A stretch of 64,000 nucleotides of DNA from positions 43,309 through 107,308 of the forward strand of contig JAZAMN010000064.1 of the NCBI GenBank assembly GCA_036229005.1. The letters run 5' to 3'. Below the pieces are notes generated by a model. It made no database searches, was not told the origin of the DNA, and saw only the letters and a list, made by a program, of their open reading frames with translations. Made by a program: the position numbers and the translations under genes. Positions 18,031 to 27,924 of this stretch are shown piece after piece. The stretch is from Myxococcota bacterium. GTDB lineage: Bacteria; Myxococcota_A; UBA796; CAJQPC01. How positions within the stretch are numbered: position 1 is the stretch's first letter; every line of letters begins with the position of its first letter.

Positions 18031-19098
18031 ATGCTCCTCCCCCTGCTTTTCGCCTGCACCGCCCCCACCGAAGACACCGCCGCCAGCGAGCACTACGACG
18101 CGCCGGACAGCGCGGGGAGCTTCACGGCGGTGAGCTATCAGTCCACCGTGACGGCGCGTGGCGGGGAGACGCTGCCGGTGCAGGTCTGGTACCCCTCGCG
18201 GGAGGGTGACCTCGGGGATGTGGTCGAGTACGACGGGATCTGGACGGACCAGGCGCGCTCGCAGGGTGAGGCCGCCTGTGGGGTCCCCCGGCCGGTCATC
18301 CTCTTCTCCCACGGGAACGGGGGCGTGCGCTGGCAGTCGACCTTCTTCACGGAGATGGCGGCGGCCCACGGGTACATCGTGGTGGCGCCCGACCACGTGG
18401 GGAACACGCTGACGGACATCGGCGATGTGGACCGCGACACGGTGGCGCTGCGGCGGCCCCACGACATCCAGGACGCCTATGAGTGGCTGCTCAGTGAGTC
18501 CTCGACGGTGGGATCGCGGCTGTATGGGTGTGCGCAGGAGTCCGATGGCTATGCGGTGGTGGGACACAGCTTTGGGGGCTTCACCAGCCTCTTCCTCTCC
18601 GGAGCTCAGATCGACACGGCGGCCCTGAGCAGCGCGTGCGAGACGGACGGCGGCGGCTGGCTCTGCGGGATCCCGGAGATCGCCCAGGAGGCGGTGGTCT
18701 CCCGCAAGGACGAGCGCATCTGGGCGGCGGTGCCGATGACGCCGGTGGGGGCGCAGACCTTCGGGGCGCAGCTCAGCGCGCAGGACACGCCGATCCTGGT
18801 GCTGGGTGGGGAGCTGGACGACCTGACGACGATGGCCCAGCAGGTCACGCCGATCTACGAGGGGGTGGGGGGCAGCCCGGCCTACCTGGCGACGCTGGAG
18901 GGCGCGGGCCACTACTCCTTCTCGGTGATGTGCTCGCTGGTGCCGAGCTTCAACGGCTGCGGCGAGGGCTTCCTGGACCACGAGACGACGATCCGGGTGA
19001 CCAACGAGCTGACCCTGGGCTTCTTGGGCGAGCAGCGGGGCTACGAGGCCTCGGCGTTCCTGCCCACCGAGGGCCCCGTGGAGTGGACCGCGCGCTGA
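18031..19098 (+). CDS. Alpha/beta hydrolase lipoprotein (PAF-AH/dienelactone hydrolase-like)
   Basis: Lipobox LFAC; FSHG oxyanion motif; GHSFGG nucleophile elbow; GELDD acid; AGHYSF His. Confidence 0.85.
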   Translation: MLLPLLFACTAPTEDTAASEHYDAPDSAGSFTAVSYQSTVTARGGETLPVQVWYPSREGDLGDVVEYDGIWTDQARSQGEAACGVPRPVILFSHGNGGVRWQSTFFTEMAAAHGYIVVAPDHVGNTLTDIGDVDRDTVALRRPHDIQDAYEWLLSESSTVGSRLYGCAQESDGYAVVGHSFGGFTSLFLSGAQIDTAALSSACETDGGGWLCGIPEIAQEAVVSRKDERIWAAVPMTPVGAQTFGAQLSAQDTPILVLGGELDDLTTMAQQVTPIYEGVGGSPAYLATLEGAGHYSFSVMCSLVPSFNGCGEGFLDHETTIRVTNELTLGFLGEQRGYEASAFLPTEGPVEWTAR

Positions 19099-19125
19099 AC
19101 GCACGCGGAGCCTGGGGGGCGCCCG

Positions 19126-19932
19126 TCAGTACATGAGCTTGCGCTGCTTCTGGACCTCGTTGGAGAACCAGGGGCCGGAGCTGACGGGGGCGAAGTCCTG
19201 CTGGATGGCCTCTTCGGCGGGCATGTCCTCGATGTAGCCCATGGACCGGAGTCCGTAGTCGACCGCCCAGTCCTGGCGCTCGATGGACTGCAGGACCTCC
19301 AGGGGGACGACGACCTGCTCGGGGCCCATGGACAGGGCGAGGGTCATGGAGTCGTCGGCCAGCGGGCCCTGGAGCACGGTGCCGGAGTCCAGCTCGATGC
19401 GCCAGTCGCCGGTGGGATCGCCGCTGATGGGGGTCATGGACGCGCACTCGGTCAGGAAGGGCGCGAAGGTGCCCAGAGTGCTGTCGATGCGGATGCGGGT
19501 GGTGCGGGGGTCGACCAGGAAGTCGTCGCCGTGGGTGGTCTGGACGCGGACGACCTCGTGCTCGGGCCAGGCCTGGGGGCCCTGGGTCTGCACGCGCATG
19601 AGCTCCTGGGTGGGGAGCTCGACGCCGACGCGCTCACCGCCGACCTCGATGTTCAGGGCGAGCTCGGGGGAGCTCCACTTGCCGCGCAGCTCGCTGCCGT
19701 TGCGCAGCCAGACGGTGACGTGGCCGCTGCTGCCCGCCAGATCCCCGCCCTCTACCGGGGCGATCTCGCCGACGTCCTCCAGGGGGATCCGCAGGGTGCC
19801 CAGGCCGCCCTCCAGCTCCAGGGTGGGGGTCTGGATTGCGCCGACGACGACCTGGCCGTCTTCGAGGGTGGTGCGCAGCGGGAAGGCCTCCTTCTGGGAG
19901 AAGCAGGCGGTCAGGGCGAGCAGTAGGGTCAT
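19126..19932 (-). CDS. Hypothetical lipoprotein
   Basis: Start set at MTLLLALTAC (lipobox, GGAG RBS). Contains repeated beta-rich units (LEDGQVVVG / LRNGSELRG / LDSGTVLQG). Confidence 0.7.
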   Translation of the reverse strand: MTLLLALTACFSQKEAFPLRTTLEDGQVVVGAIQTPTLELEGGLGTLRIPLEDVGEIAPVEGGDLAGSSGHVTVWLRNGSELRGKWSSPELALNIEVGGERVGVELPTQELMRVQTQGPQAWPEHEVVRVQTTHGDDFLVDPRTTRIRIDSTLGTFAPFLTECASMTPISGDPTGDWRIELDSGTVLQGPLADDSMTLALSMGPEQVVVPLEVLQSIERQDWAVDYGLRSMGYIEDMPAEEAIQQDFAPVSSGPWFSNEVQKQRKLMY

Positions 19933-20050
19933 GTTGGCTCCGGAGCTTCGCGGGGGGAACGTCGGAGCGGCGGGGGAGCTTACAGGTTCAACCTTGATAG
20001 AGTTCGAGGGGCAGCGGATGGGCTGCCGGCTCGGGAATGGGGAGCGAACC

Positions 20051-23000
20051 GTGTCGTTGTTGTTGGCCCTGCAGGTGTTCGGAGGCGTCGCTGCCGGACA
20101 GTCCATGATCCAGGATCACTGGACCATGCGGCAGGGGCTCCCGCAGAACTCGGTCACGGACCTGGCGCAGGACGACCAGGGCTACGTCTGGCTCGCCACC
20201 TACGGCGGCGTGGTGCGCTTTGACGGGCGGAGCTTCTCGGCCGTGCAGGTCCCCGGGCTCACCGCGCAGCGCTTTCTGACGCTGTGGGTGGACAGCGAGC
20301 GGGTCTGGCTGGGCTCGGAGGCCGGGGGGCTCTACCTGCTGGCCGATGGGCGGGCGCAGGCCATCGGGCCGGAGGAGGAGACCTGGGCGATCGCCCCGGG
20401 GCTGGACGGCGAGCGCTTGTGGATCGCCAGTCGCTATGAGGTTTTCTCGGTCTCTCGGTGGGGGGAGCCGGAGCTCGGCGAGCGCCTCGACGTCCAGGTG
20501 CGGGCGTTCCACCCCTGGGGCGATGGCCTCGTGGGAATCGGCGGCGCCGGGAGCGCGATCTGTGTCGAGGGGGACTGCGGGGACTTCCCGCAGGGGCCTC
20601 CGCTAGGCGGGGTGCAGCGCTGGGTGGGGGACGGCGAGCGCTTCCCGCTGGTGGCCTCGACGGCGGAGGGGGTCTACCGCTTGGAGCAGGGCCAGTGGGT
20701 GGAGCTGGTGAGCCTGGATGCCCCCAGCCGCTACCTGCCCATCCCTTGCGCCTACTGGGAGCAGGAGCTCTGGTGCTCGATCCAGGGGGCGCCCTTTCGA
20801 CCGGGGGTCGACCCGGTGGAGCGGGAGCGGGTGTTCGCAGCGAGCCTGATGGTGGACCAGGAGCACGGGCTCTGGGTGGGGACCGACGGCGCCGGCGTCT
20901 ACCGCCACCAGAAATCCGGGGTGGACCGACCGGGCCCCCGGGAGCCGGTGCTGGGGGTGGGGCCGGCTGGGGACGACGAGGTCTGGGCCTGGATCGGGCT
21001 CCGGGCGCTCTCGATCTCGCTGCGTGACGGGCAGGTCAGCGGCCAGGCGGAGCTGGACGATCTGGGCAACCTGTGGACCGCCGGCGAGCGCACGCTGGTC
21101 GCCTCGAAGGGCCGAATCGGCGTGCTGGAGCCCAGCGGCCAGGTGCGCTGGCTTCCTGGGGGGCTCAGCGACGAATACATGCAACCGGCGGCGGAGGGGC
21201 CCTGGTTCGGGCAGGGGGCGGAGCTGTTCTGGGTGGGGGAGCGGGAGCTGAAACGCGTGACCTCGCTGGCGGGCGAAGGGGTAGAGGTGGTGGTGCCTCT
21301 GCGCGGCGATGACCAGGGGGTGTGGGTGCAGGGTGACCGTCACCTGCTGCTGCTCCTCGACAGCCAGGGCAAGGTGCTGGAGCGGATCCCGATGGAGGAG
21401 CCGGCCAAGGCGCGCGACGTCCACCCCCGGGCCGCCGGGGGCATCTGGGTGGCGACCTACGGAGGCGGCATCCTGGCGGTGGAGCAGGGCCGGGTGGTCG
21501 GTCGGGTGGGGCTGGCCGAGGGGGGCTGCGATGACATGGTCTCGCACTTCTTCACGCTGCCGGGGGACCCCTCGATCTGGGTCAACACGAACCGTGGGCT
21601 GGGGCGGCTGGACGAGGCCACCCTGGAGGAGGCGCTGGCCGGGAGGGGGCTCGCGAACTGCCACCTGCAGGGCTCACCGGAGGGCAACGGGCCGCGGGGC
21701 TTCGTGAGCGCGCAGGGGCAGATCGTCGCCCCGTCCATCGAGGGGCTGGTGGTGCTGGATCCGGCCCAGGCCAACGAGCAGAGCCCGCCGCGCGTGCTGC
21801 TGGAGTCGCTCTACTACGGGACGCTGCCACTGGAGGAGGGCGACCACGTCCAGGGGCGGGGAAACCTGACGGTGGAGCTCTCAGGCATCTACTTTCGGGA
21901 CCCGCACATCCTGCGCTTCCGCTATCGCTTGCTGGGGCTCGATGATCAGTGGTCGGAGCTCGAGGGCGGCGACCTGCGCGTCACCGGCCTCCCGCCCGGG
22001 GAGTACACCCTCCAGATCCAGGCCCGCGCGGACGGCGCTTGGGGCCCGATGGTCCAGCGCAGCTTTGTGCGGGAGGCGAGCTGGATGGAGCGCCCGGTGT
22101 TCAGCGTCTGGCTGCCGCTGGGGCTGAGCGTCGGGGTCATGTCCGTGCTGGGCTCCGCCTTGGTCCTGGCCCGGCGCCGCACCGGAGAGCTGCAGGCCGA
22201 AGTGCAGCGGCGTGAGCGGGTGCAAGGGGAGCTCGCCGAGCAGCAGCGGGAGAACCAGGAGATCCAGGCCGCCATCGAGGCCGGCCGGCGCATGGACTCC
22301 CTGGGCCGCCTGAGCGCGGGCATGGCCCACGACTTCAACAACCTGTTCACCGTGGTGCGTCTGCACGCCGCCATCCTGGAGGGGCACGAAGACCCCGAGG
22401 TCCAGGAAGAGGCCCGCGGCCTGATCGAGGTGGTCGAGTCCGGCGCCGACGTGGCCAAGGGGCTGCTCACCTTCGGGCGGGGCTCCTCCGACAGCCTCGG
22501 GAGCGCCCCCATCTGCGAGGCCGCTCGCGCGCGCATCCCTCTGCTGCGGCGCCTGATCCGGGCGAACCTCCAGATCATCGACGGCGTCTGCCTGGAGGAC
22601 GATGTCCACGTGGGGATCAGCCGCGGCCAGGTGGACCAGATCCTCACCAACCTGGTCCTCAACGCCCGCGACGCCACCCCTGGCCCCGGGCGCATCTGGG
22701 TCGAGGTCAACGTCCAAGGCGACTCCGCCTGCCTGCAGGTCCGAGACGAGGGACTGGGCATGCAGCCCCACGAGCTGGGCCGCGCCCTGGAGCCCTACTT
22801 CACCACCAAGACCCTGGGCCGGGGCACCGGGCTGGGGCTGTCCACCATCCACGGCATCGTCCGCAGCGTCGGCGGCAGCTTCGAGCTGGAGTCCGAGCCC
22901 GGCAGCGGCACCACCGCCCGGGTCCTGCTGCCCATCGTCGAGCCCGGCGTTCAGGACGCCCCCCAACAGGCCCCCAAGGACATCGACCTGAGCGGTCTGC

Positions 23001-23338
23001 GCCTGCTGGTGGTCGACGACAACCTGGACCTGCTGCGCTCCATCAAGGTCTACCTGGAGGAGGCCGGCGTGCAGGTCATCGCCTTCGACCAGCCCCTCAA
23101 GGTCCTGGATCGCCTCGCCGAGCGCCCCTTGGACCTGGTGCTGCTCGACGTCGTGATGCCCGGCATCTCCGGCCCCGATCTGCGGGACGCCCTGATCCGG
23201 GAGCGCCCCGGCCTCCGCGTGGTCTTCATGAGCGGCTACACCGGCAGGGAAGCCGGCCTGCGACCCAGCGATCGCCTCCTCCAGAAGCCCTTCTCCCCCG
23301 AGCAGCTCAAGGCCGCCCTGGCGCGCGCTATCGCTTGA
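20051..23338 (+). CDS. Hybrid sensor histidine kinase (beta-propeller + Y_Y_Y + HisKA + HATPase + receiver)
   Basis: GLPQNSVTDLAQDDQGYVWLATYGG propeller repeat; FRYRLLG...LPPGEYTL (Y_Y_Y); one TM; AHDFNN; NLVLNARDA; FTTK..GTGLGL; receiver VVDD, LLDVVMP, QKPF. Probable GTG start after GGGGAG. Confidence 0.9.
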   Translation: MSLLLALQVFGGVAAGQSMIQDHWTMRQGLPQNSVTDLAQDDQGYVWLATYGGVVRFDGRSFSAVQVPGLTAQRFLTLWVDSERVWLGSEAGGLYLLADGRAQAIGPEEETWAIAPGLDGERLWIASRYEVFSVSRWGEPELGERLDVQVRAFHPWGDGLVGIGGAGSAICVEGDCGDFPQGPPLGGVQRWVGDGERFPLVASTAEGVYRLEQGQWVELVSLDAPSRYLPIPCAYWEQELWCSIQGAPFRPGVDPVERERVFAASLMVDQEHGLWVGTDGAGVYRHQKSGVDRPGPREPVLGVGPAGDDEVWAWIGLRALSISLRDGQVSGQAELDDLGNLWTAGERTLVASKGRIGVLEPSGQVRWLPGGLSDEYMQPAAEGPWFGQGAELFWVGERELKRVTSLAGEGVEVVVPLRGDDQGVWVQGDRHLLLLLDSQGKVLERIPMEEPAKARDVHPRAAGGIWVATYGGGILAVEQGRVVGRVGLAEGGCDDMVSHFFTLPGDPSIWVNTNRGLGRLDEATLEEALAGRGLANCHLQGSPEGNGPRGFVSAQGQIVAPSIEGLVVLDPAQANEQSPPRVLLESLYYGTLPLEEGDHVQGRGNLTVELSGIYFRDPHILRFRYRLLGLDDQWSELEGGDLRVTGLPPGEYTLQIQARADGAWGPMVQRSFVREASWMERPVFSVWLPLGLSVGVMSVLGSALVLARRRTGELQAEVQRRERVQGELAEQQRENQEIQAAIEAGRRMDSLGRLSAGMAHDFNNLFTVVRLHAAILEGHEDPEVQEEARGLIEVVESGADVAKGLLTFGRGSSDSLGSAPICEAARARIPLLRRLIRANLQIIDGVCLEDDVHVGISRGQVDQILTNLVLNARDATPGPGRIWVEVNVQGDSACLQVRDEGLGMQPHELGRALEPYFTTKTLGRGTGLGLSTIHGIVRSVGGSFELESEPGSGTTARVLLPIVEPGVQDAPQQAPKDIDLSGLRLLVVDDNLDLLRSIKVYLEEAGVQVIAFDQPLKVLDRLAERPLDLVLLDVVMPGISGPDLRDALIRERPGLRVVFMSGYTGREAGLRPSDRLLQKPFSPEQLKAALARAIA

Positions 23339-26114
23339 GCTTGCGGCCTGCCTTGGAGCGGGCCCGGTCCAGCGCGGAGCCCATGCCGTCCTGGGGCCCA
23401 TCGTCGTCGCTGTCGTCTGCGGGGGGAGGTGCGGCGGGTTGGCCCTCGGACACCTTGGCCAACCGCTCGGGCGCTGCCTTGGACGCACGCTTGGCCGGGC
23501 CTCTGCCCATCAGCGAGGTCCCCTCGGCGCGCCCGCCCCGGCCACCCCTGGCGCTTGGGCGTCTGGAGATCCGCCCCCAGAGCAGCAGGCGGCGGCCCGC
23601 GATCTCCAGCAGCAGCAGCACCAGCGCCGCCGCGATCAAGGGCTTGGTCACCACCACCCCGGCGCGTCCGCTGTCGCTGGCCTCCCACAGGGCGTCCACC
23701 TGCCCCAGCGGACCGCCGCCGCTGACCCGCGCCAGAGCGTCCATCGTGTCGCGGCCGGACTCGGGGTCCTCCAGGTGGGCGAACTCGGGGGAGTGGGGGA
23801 GCGCCAGGGGCGGCAGGGTCAGGGCCATGTCGCCGTCGACCTGGACGCTGGCCAGCGCCACCCCCTGGGCGGGGAGCGCCACGCGGGCCTCGTAGCGGGT
23901 GGGGCCGACGCGCTGCAGGCGCACGCTCTGGGTCTGGCCGTCCGGCAGCAGCATCGCGGCGGGCAGGGTGCCGGGCAGCTCGGCGCGGGACTCCGCGACC
24001 TCTACGCGCATCACGCCGTGGCGGCCCTCGCCCAGGATCTCGGCGTACCAGTCCTGGGGCGGGTCCTGCAGCGCGGTCCAGCGGGTCAGGGTCACGAAGA
24101 AGCGGGAGAAGCCGCCCCAGGCCACCACCGGGCGCCCCTGCTGGCCACCCACCTGTCCGGTGTAGGCGGCCGTTCGGCCCAGCCCGGCCTGCTGCCAGGC
24201 CACGACCACCGCCGCGTTCTCGTCCAGGGTCTGCACGCCAGTGGTCGCGCCCGGCTTGGGCCAGACCAGGTTGTAGGCGGGCAGGGTGGGGAAGGACTGC
24301 GTGGGCAGGCCCAGGGTCAGCAGCGAGGGCAGCGGTTCGGCGGCTGTGGGGCTCTCCACCCAGGCGGAGCGGGCGGCCACCAGCGTGTCCAGGGCGAACA
24401 GCCGGGGCAGGTCCGCCGGGGACTGGGTGAACCACGCCTCGCCGCCGCCCTGCTTGGCGGTGCGCAGCAGGAAGGCCGCGTCGATGTCCTGCTTGGTGCC
24501 CAGGGCGATCACGGAGACCGTGACCCCGTCGGCCTCCATGGTCTTGAGCAGCCCCGGCACCCCCTCCTGCTGCTCGGAGTCGGCGGCGTCCGAGAACAGG
24601 ATGACGTGCTTGTTGCGCTGGGGCGCCTTCAAGAGCTGCTCGTGGGCCGCCTCCAGCGCGACGCGGGTGTAGATGCCGCCGCCCATGGACTCGATGCGGG
24701 CCACGTCGGCCGCCATCGCGTCGGGGTCCTCCACCGGGGCCTGGGGGACGATGACGTGGGGCGCGGAGTCCACCGCGATCACCGACACGCTGTCGATGGG
24801 CGAGAGCATGCGGATCGCCGTGGCCGTGCCGTCGTTGGCCAGGTCCATCTTGGTCAGGCCCGGCTGCACCTCGGCGGCCATGGACCCGCTGCGGTCCAGC
24901 ACCACGGACAGAGCCATGCCCACCTTGCGGTGCTCCTGCTTGAGCTCCATGGACACGGGCAGCACCGGCTCCAGGGTGGAGTGGTGGTAGCCGCCGACGC
25001 CGAAGCTGGCGTGCCCGCCGGTCATCAGCAGGCCGCCGCCCTGCAGCTCCACGAAGCTGCGCAGCGCGGACATCCCTTCCAGCCCCAGGCGCTGGGCGTC
25101 CACGTTCTCCAGGACCACGGCGCGGTAGCGGCTCAGGCTCAGGGCGCTCAGGGGGTGGTCTTCTGGCGTGGCGACGTGCACCTCGAGCCCACCCTGCTCC
25201 AGGGCCTGGCTCAGGGTGGAGGCCGCGCCGCTGTCGTTGAGCACCAGGATGCTGCGGCGCCCCTCCGCCAGCACGGCGCCTGTGCCCACGTTGTTCTGGG
25301 GCTGGGGGTCGCCCTGCCCGGCGCTGACCTGGAGCTGGTACACGCCCACCCCGGCCTGGGGCAGGGCGTCGCGGAACACCAGGCGGTTCAGGCCGGGCTC
25401 GAAGACCTGGCGGCCCGAGCTGAGGACGGAGCCGTCGCGGGTGAGCACCCAGTCGGCCTCCTGCTGCGTGTCCGCGCGCACCCAGCCGGAGAACTGGAAG
25501 GGCTCGTCCACGTCCAGAGCGGGGGGCAGGTCCAGGCGGGCCACCGACAGGTCCTCCCGGGCCAGGGGGCGGCCCAGGTGGCGCACGTGGATGGGCACCT
25601 GTCGGGAGGCCGCACGGCGCGCTGCGGGCAGGGGGCTGCCCTCGGTGGCGCGGCCGTCGCTGAGCAGCACGATGCTCCCGGCGCGGGACTCGGGGATCAG
25701 GCTCAGAGCCAGATCCAGGCTGGCCCCGATGTCGCTGCCCTGTTCGCCCTCGCCGGCGGTGAAGCCCTCGAAGCGCCCCTCTTCGGAGAGCGGCCGCTCG
25801 ATGACCGCCTGCTCCCCCACGCGCACCACGGCCACGCGGTCGCCGGGGCCCCGGCTGCCCTCCAGCAGGCCGATGATCTCCTCGGCCCGGGTCTGAGAGG
25901 CGGCGGGCATGCTCGCGCTGCGGTCCACCACCACCACCACATCCCGGCCGGTCGCCGGCCTCTGAACGATGGGCCCGGCCAGCGCGAGGACAACCGCAGC
26001 CAGCAGCAGCGCGCGCACCGCCGCGCCCATGCGCTCGGGGGGGCGGGTCAGCCACCACAGCGCCGCCGCGGGCAGCGCCAATAGCAGCAGCTCGGGGATC
26101 AGCAGGCCGATCAC
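23328..26114 (-). CDS. Membrane-anchored protein with two vWA domains and a GATase-like (DUF1355-type) domain
   Basis: MIDAS motifs DRSASM and DRSGSM; LLSDG; GGGLLMTGGHASFGVGGY; N- and C-terminal TM segments. Confidence 0.85.
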   Translation of the reverse strand: MIGLLIPELLLLALPAAALWWLTRPPERMGAAVRALLLAAVVLALAGPIVQRPATGRDVVVVVDRSASMPAASQTRAEEIIGLLEGSRGPGDRVAVVRVGEQAVIERPLSEEGRFEGFTAGEGEQGSDIGASLDLALSLIPESRAGSIVLLSDGRATEGSPLPAARRAASRQVPIHVRHLGRPLAREDLSVARLDLPPALDVDEPFQFSGWVRADTQQEADWVLTRDGSVLSSGRQVFEPGLNRLVFRDALPQAGVGVYQLQVSAGQGDPQPQNNVGTGAVLAEGRRSILVLNDSGAASTLSQALEQGGLEVHVATPEDHPLSALSLSRYRAVVLENVDAQRLGLEGMSALRSFVELQGGGLLMTGGHASFGVGGYHHSTLEPVLPVSMELKQEHRKVGMALSVVLDRSGSMAAEVQPGLTKMDLANDGTATAIRMLSPIDSVSVIAVDSAPHVIVPQAPVEDPDAMAADVARIESMGGGIYTRVALEAAHEQLLKAPQRNKHVILFSDAADSEQQEGVPGLLKTMEADGVTVSVIALGTKQDIDAAFLLRTAKQGGGEAWFTQSPADLPRLFALDTLVAARSAWVESPTAAEPLPSLLTLGLPTQSFPTLPAYNLVWPKPGATTGVQTLDENAAVVVAWQQAGLGRTAAYTGQVGGQQGRPVVAWGGFSRFFVTLTRWTALQDPPQDWYAEILGEGRHGVMRVEVAESRAELPGTLPAAMLLPDGQTQSVRLQRVGPTRYEARVALPAQGVALASVQVDGDMALTLPPLALPHSPEFAHLEDPESGRDTMDALARVSGGGPLGQVDALWEASDSGRAGVVVTKPLIAAALVLLLLEIAGRRLLLWGRISRRPSARGGRGGRAEGTSLMGRGPAKRASKAAPERLAKVSEGQPAAPPPADDSDDDGPQDGMGSALDRARSKAGRKLKR

Positions 26115-27862
26115 AGGGCCACCCGGGGCAGGACCAGGCGGTCGTCATTGCGCAGGGCCCACCAGTCCAGGGCCAACACCAGCAGGAGCAGGATCAGCAG
26201 GGCGCTGTCCGACAGGGACACGCTGGCCTCGGCGACGGCGCTGCCACCCTCAGCGGCGCGGGCCCCGGCGCTGCGGCCGCGCAGCTCGGACTCCAGAGGG
26301 TCCAGGGCGTTGACCGCGATCTCCGTGGGCGGCTCCTGATCCCGCTGCACGGTCCACACGCCAGGCGTGCTCAGGCCGCCGATGTCCAGGGCCTCCTGGT
26401 GGGGCAGCTTGCGGCTGCGGCCGGCGGGGTCGGTGAGCGTCCACTCGCCCAGGGGAGCGCTGCGCCAGACCAGGCTCTGCCCTACCTGGGTGGTGGTGCG
26501 CGAGAGCCCGGGCAGCGCCGCGCGGCGGGCCTCCGCCAGGTTGAGCAGCAGGATCGGCCAGTCCGGGGAGCGCGCCAGGCTGCTGCGGGCCGGGTCCAGG
26601 TTGAGGCGGTAGTGACCCTGTCCTCGCTGGAGGAGCAGAGCCTCCGAGCCGGCGGTGATCAGGGCCTGGCCAGGCGGTGGGGGCTGCGTGGGGAGCGACC
26701 AGATCACCCCCTCCAGGCTCATCCCCCGGGTGATGGGGTGGTCCTGGGCGACCAGGAATGGGCCCAGCAGCGCGGCCGACTCGCCCGGGGGCGGGAGCTC
26801 GATGCGCCAGGTGTCGGGGGCGTCCACCGCCTCGCCCAGCACGATGTGGGCGCGGTCCGCGGAGACCAGGCGGGCGTCGGGGACCAGGGTGGCCCAGCGT
26901 TCGCCGCTCGCGTCCAGGCCCAGAGCGCGCGCGCGGTCTTCGGAGAGGGCCAGGTGGAGGCCCAGGGTGCGGGGGGGGAGGGGGGCCAGCCAGGCCTCGT
27001 CGTCGAGCGGGAGCGCGTTCCGTTCGCTGGGCAGGACCAGGGCCAGGCGGAGCATCCCAGCGCTGTGGGGGACGCTGATCTGCTCCTCCAGGACCCCATC
27101 GGGAGGCAGCGTGATCGGGCGCTCCGCCAGGCGGGTCTCGCCCTCCCAGAGCTCCAGGGTGCCGGCGGCCGGCTCGTCCGAGAAGGAGCGCAGCATCGCG
27201 AACACCAGGTCGCTGTCGGCGGGCCCCCGGACGCGCTGGGCGTGGGAGAGGCCCAGGTTGTCGGCGGGCTCCCCCAGGGCCACGAGGCCGGCCTCGGGGG
27301 GCCAGTTCTGGGGCTGGAAGTCGTCGGTGATGAAGGTGAGCTCGCCGCCGGCCGAGAGCTGCAGCGCCAGGTCGATCGCCGCCCCGGGGTCATGGGAGGC
27401 AGCGGCGGGGCTCCAGCGGTCCAGGGCCGGGTCCACCTCTTCGCGCAGTGCTCCGGGCCCCACCAGCATGCGCGGGCTGGCCCCAGTGAGGACAACGCTG
27501 ACCCGATCCCGAGCCTTGAGGCCGCGCAGCTCCTTGTCCAGCGCCTGACGGGCCGGGCCCTCCACGGCCTGCATGGAGGCGGAGTCGTCCAGCACGATCA
27601 CCCGGTGCTCCGCGCTGCCACCGCAGCCCCGTACCCCCGCGAGCGCCAGGGCCAGGAGCACGACCGCCAGCAGCTCCAGCCAGAAAGAGGGGGAGCGGTG
27701 CAGAGGCTGACGCTTGCGGCCGCTGCCCCGGGGACTGCCCATCCCCTCCCACAAGAAGAGCGCGGAGACCTTTCGCTGCTTGGCCTGCTGTCGGTACAGG
27801 TGCAGGCCGACCACCGCCGGGACGCCCAACAGGGCGAGCAGTCCCAGGGGAGTCGTGAACAC
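26111..27862 (-). CDS. BatA-N + vWA domain membrane protein
   Basis: FTTPLGLLALLGVP...HL...VSALFLW (BatA N-terminus); DDSASM MIDAS; ITD; C-terminal TM ending LDWW. Confidence 0.85.
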   Translation of the reverse strand: MFTTPLGLLALLGVPAVVGLHLYRQQAKQRKVSALFLWEGMGSPRGSGRKRQPLHRSPSFWLELLAVVLLALALAGVRGCGGSAEHRVIVLDDSASMQAVEGPARQALDKELRGLKARDRVSVVLTGASPRMLVGPGALREEVDPALDRWSPAAASHDPGAAIDLALQLSAGGELTFITDDFQPQNWPPEAGLVALGEPADNLGLSHAQRVRGPADSDLVFAMLRSFSDEPAAGTLELWEGETRLAERPITLPPDGVLEEQISVPHSAGMLRLALVLPSERNALPLDDEAWLAPLPPRTLGLHLALSEDRARALGLDASGERWATLVPDARLVSADRAHIVLGEAVDAPDTWRIELPPPGESAALLGPFLVAQDHPITRGMSLEGVIWSLPTQPPPPGQALITAGSEALLLQRGQGHYRLNLDPARSSLARSPDWPILLLNLAEARRAALPGLSRTTTQVGQSLVWRSAPLGEWTLTDPAGRSRKLPHQEALDIGGLSTPGVWTVQRDQEPPTEIAVNALDPLESELRGRSAGARAAEGGSAVAEASVSLSDSALLILLLLVLALDWWALRNDDRLVLPRVAL

Positions 27863-27924
27863 GGGGCCTCCGGAGCGTGGCTTGGCTACGGGGCAGGGCC
27901 GAGCCCTGTTTCACCCCGCGGCGG

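Noticed and set aside
19283..20050. N-terminal 256 aa of the 1351-aa ORF
   Set aside because: It overlaps the opposite-strand lipoprotein gene. A GTG with RBS and signal peptide at 20051 is the more plausible start.
27894..27911. Hairpin CAGGGC-cga-GCCCTG-ttt as a terminator
   Set aside because: The stem is short, and the short T-tract is on the plus strand whereas both flanking genes are on the minus strand.
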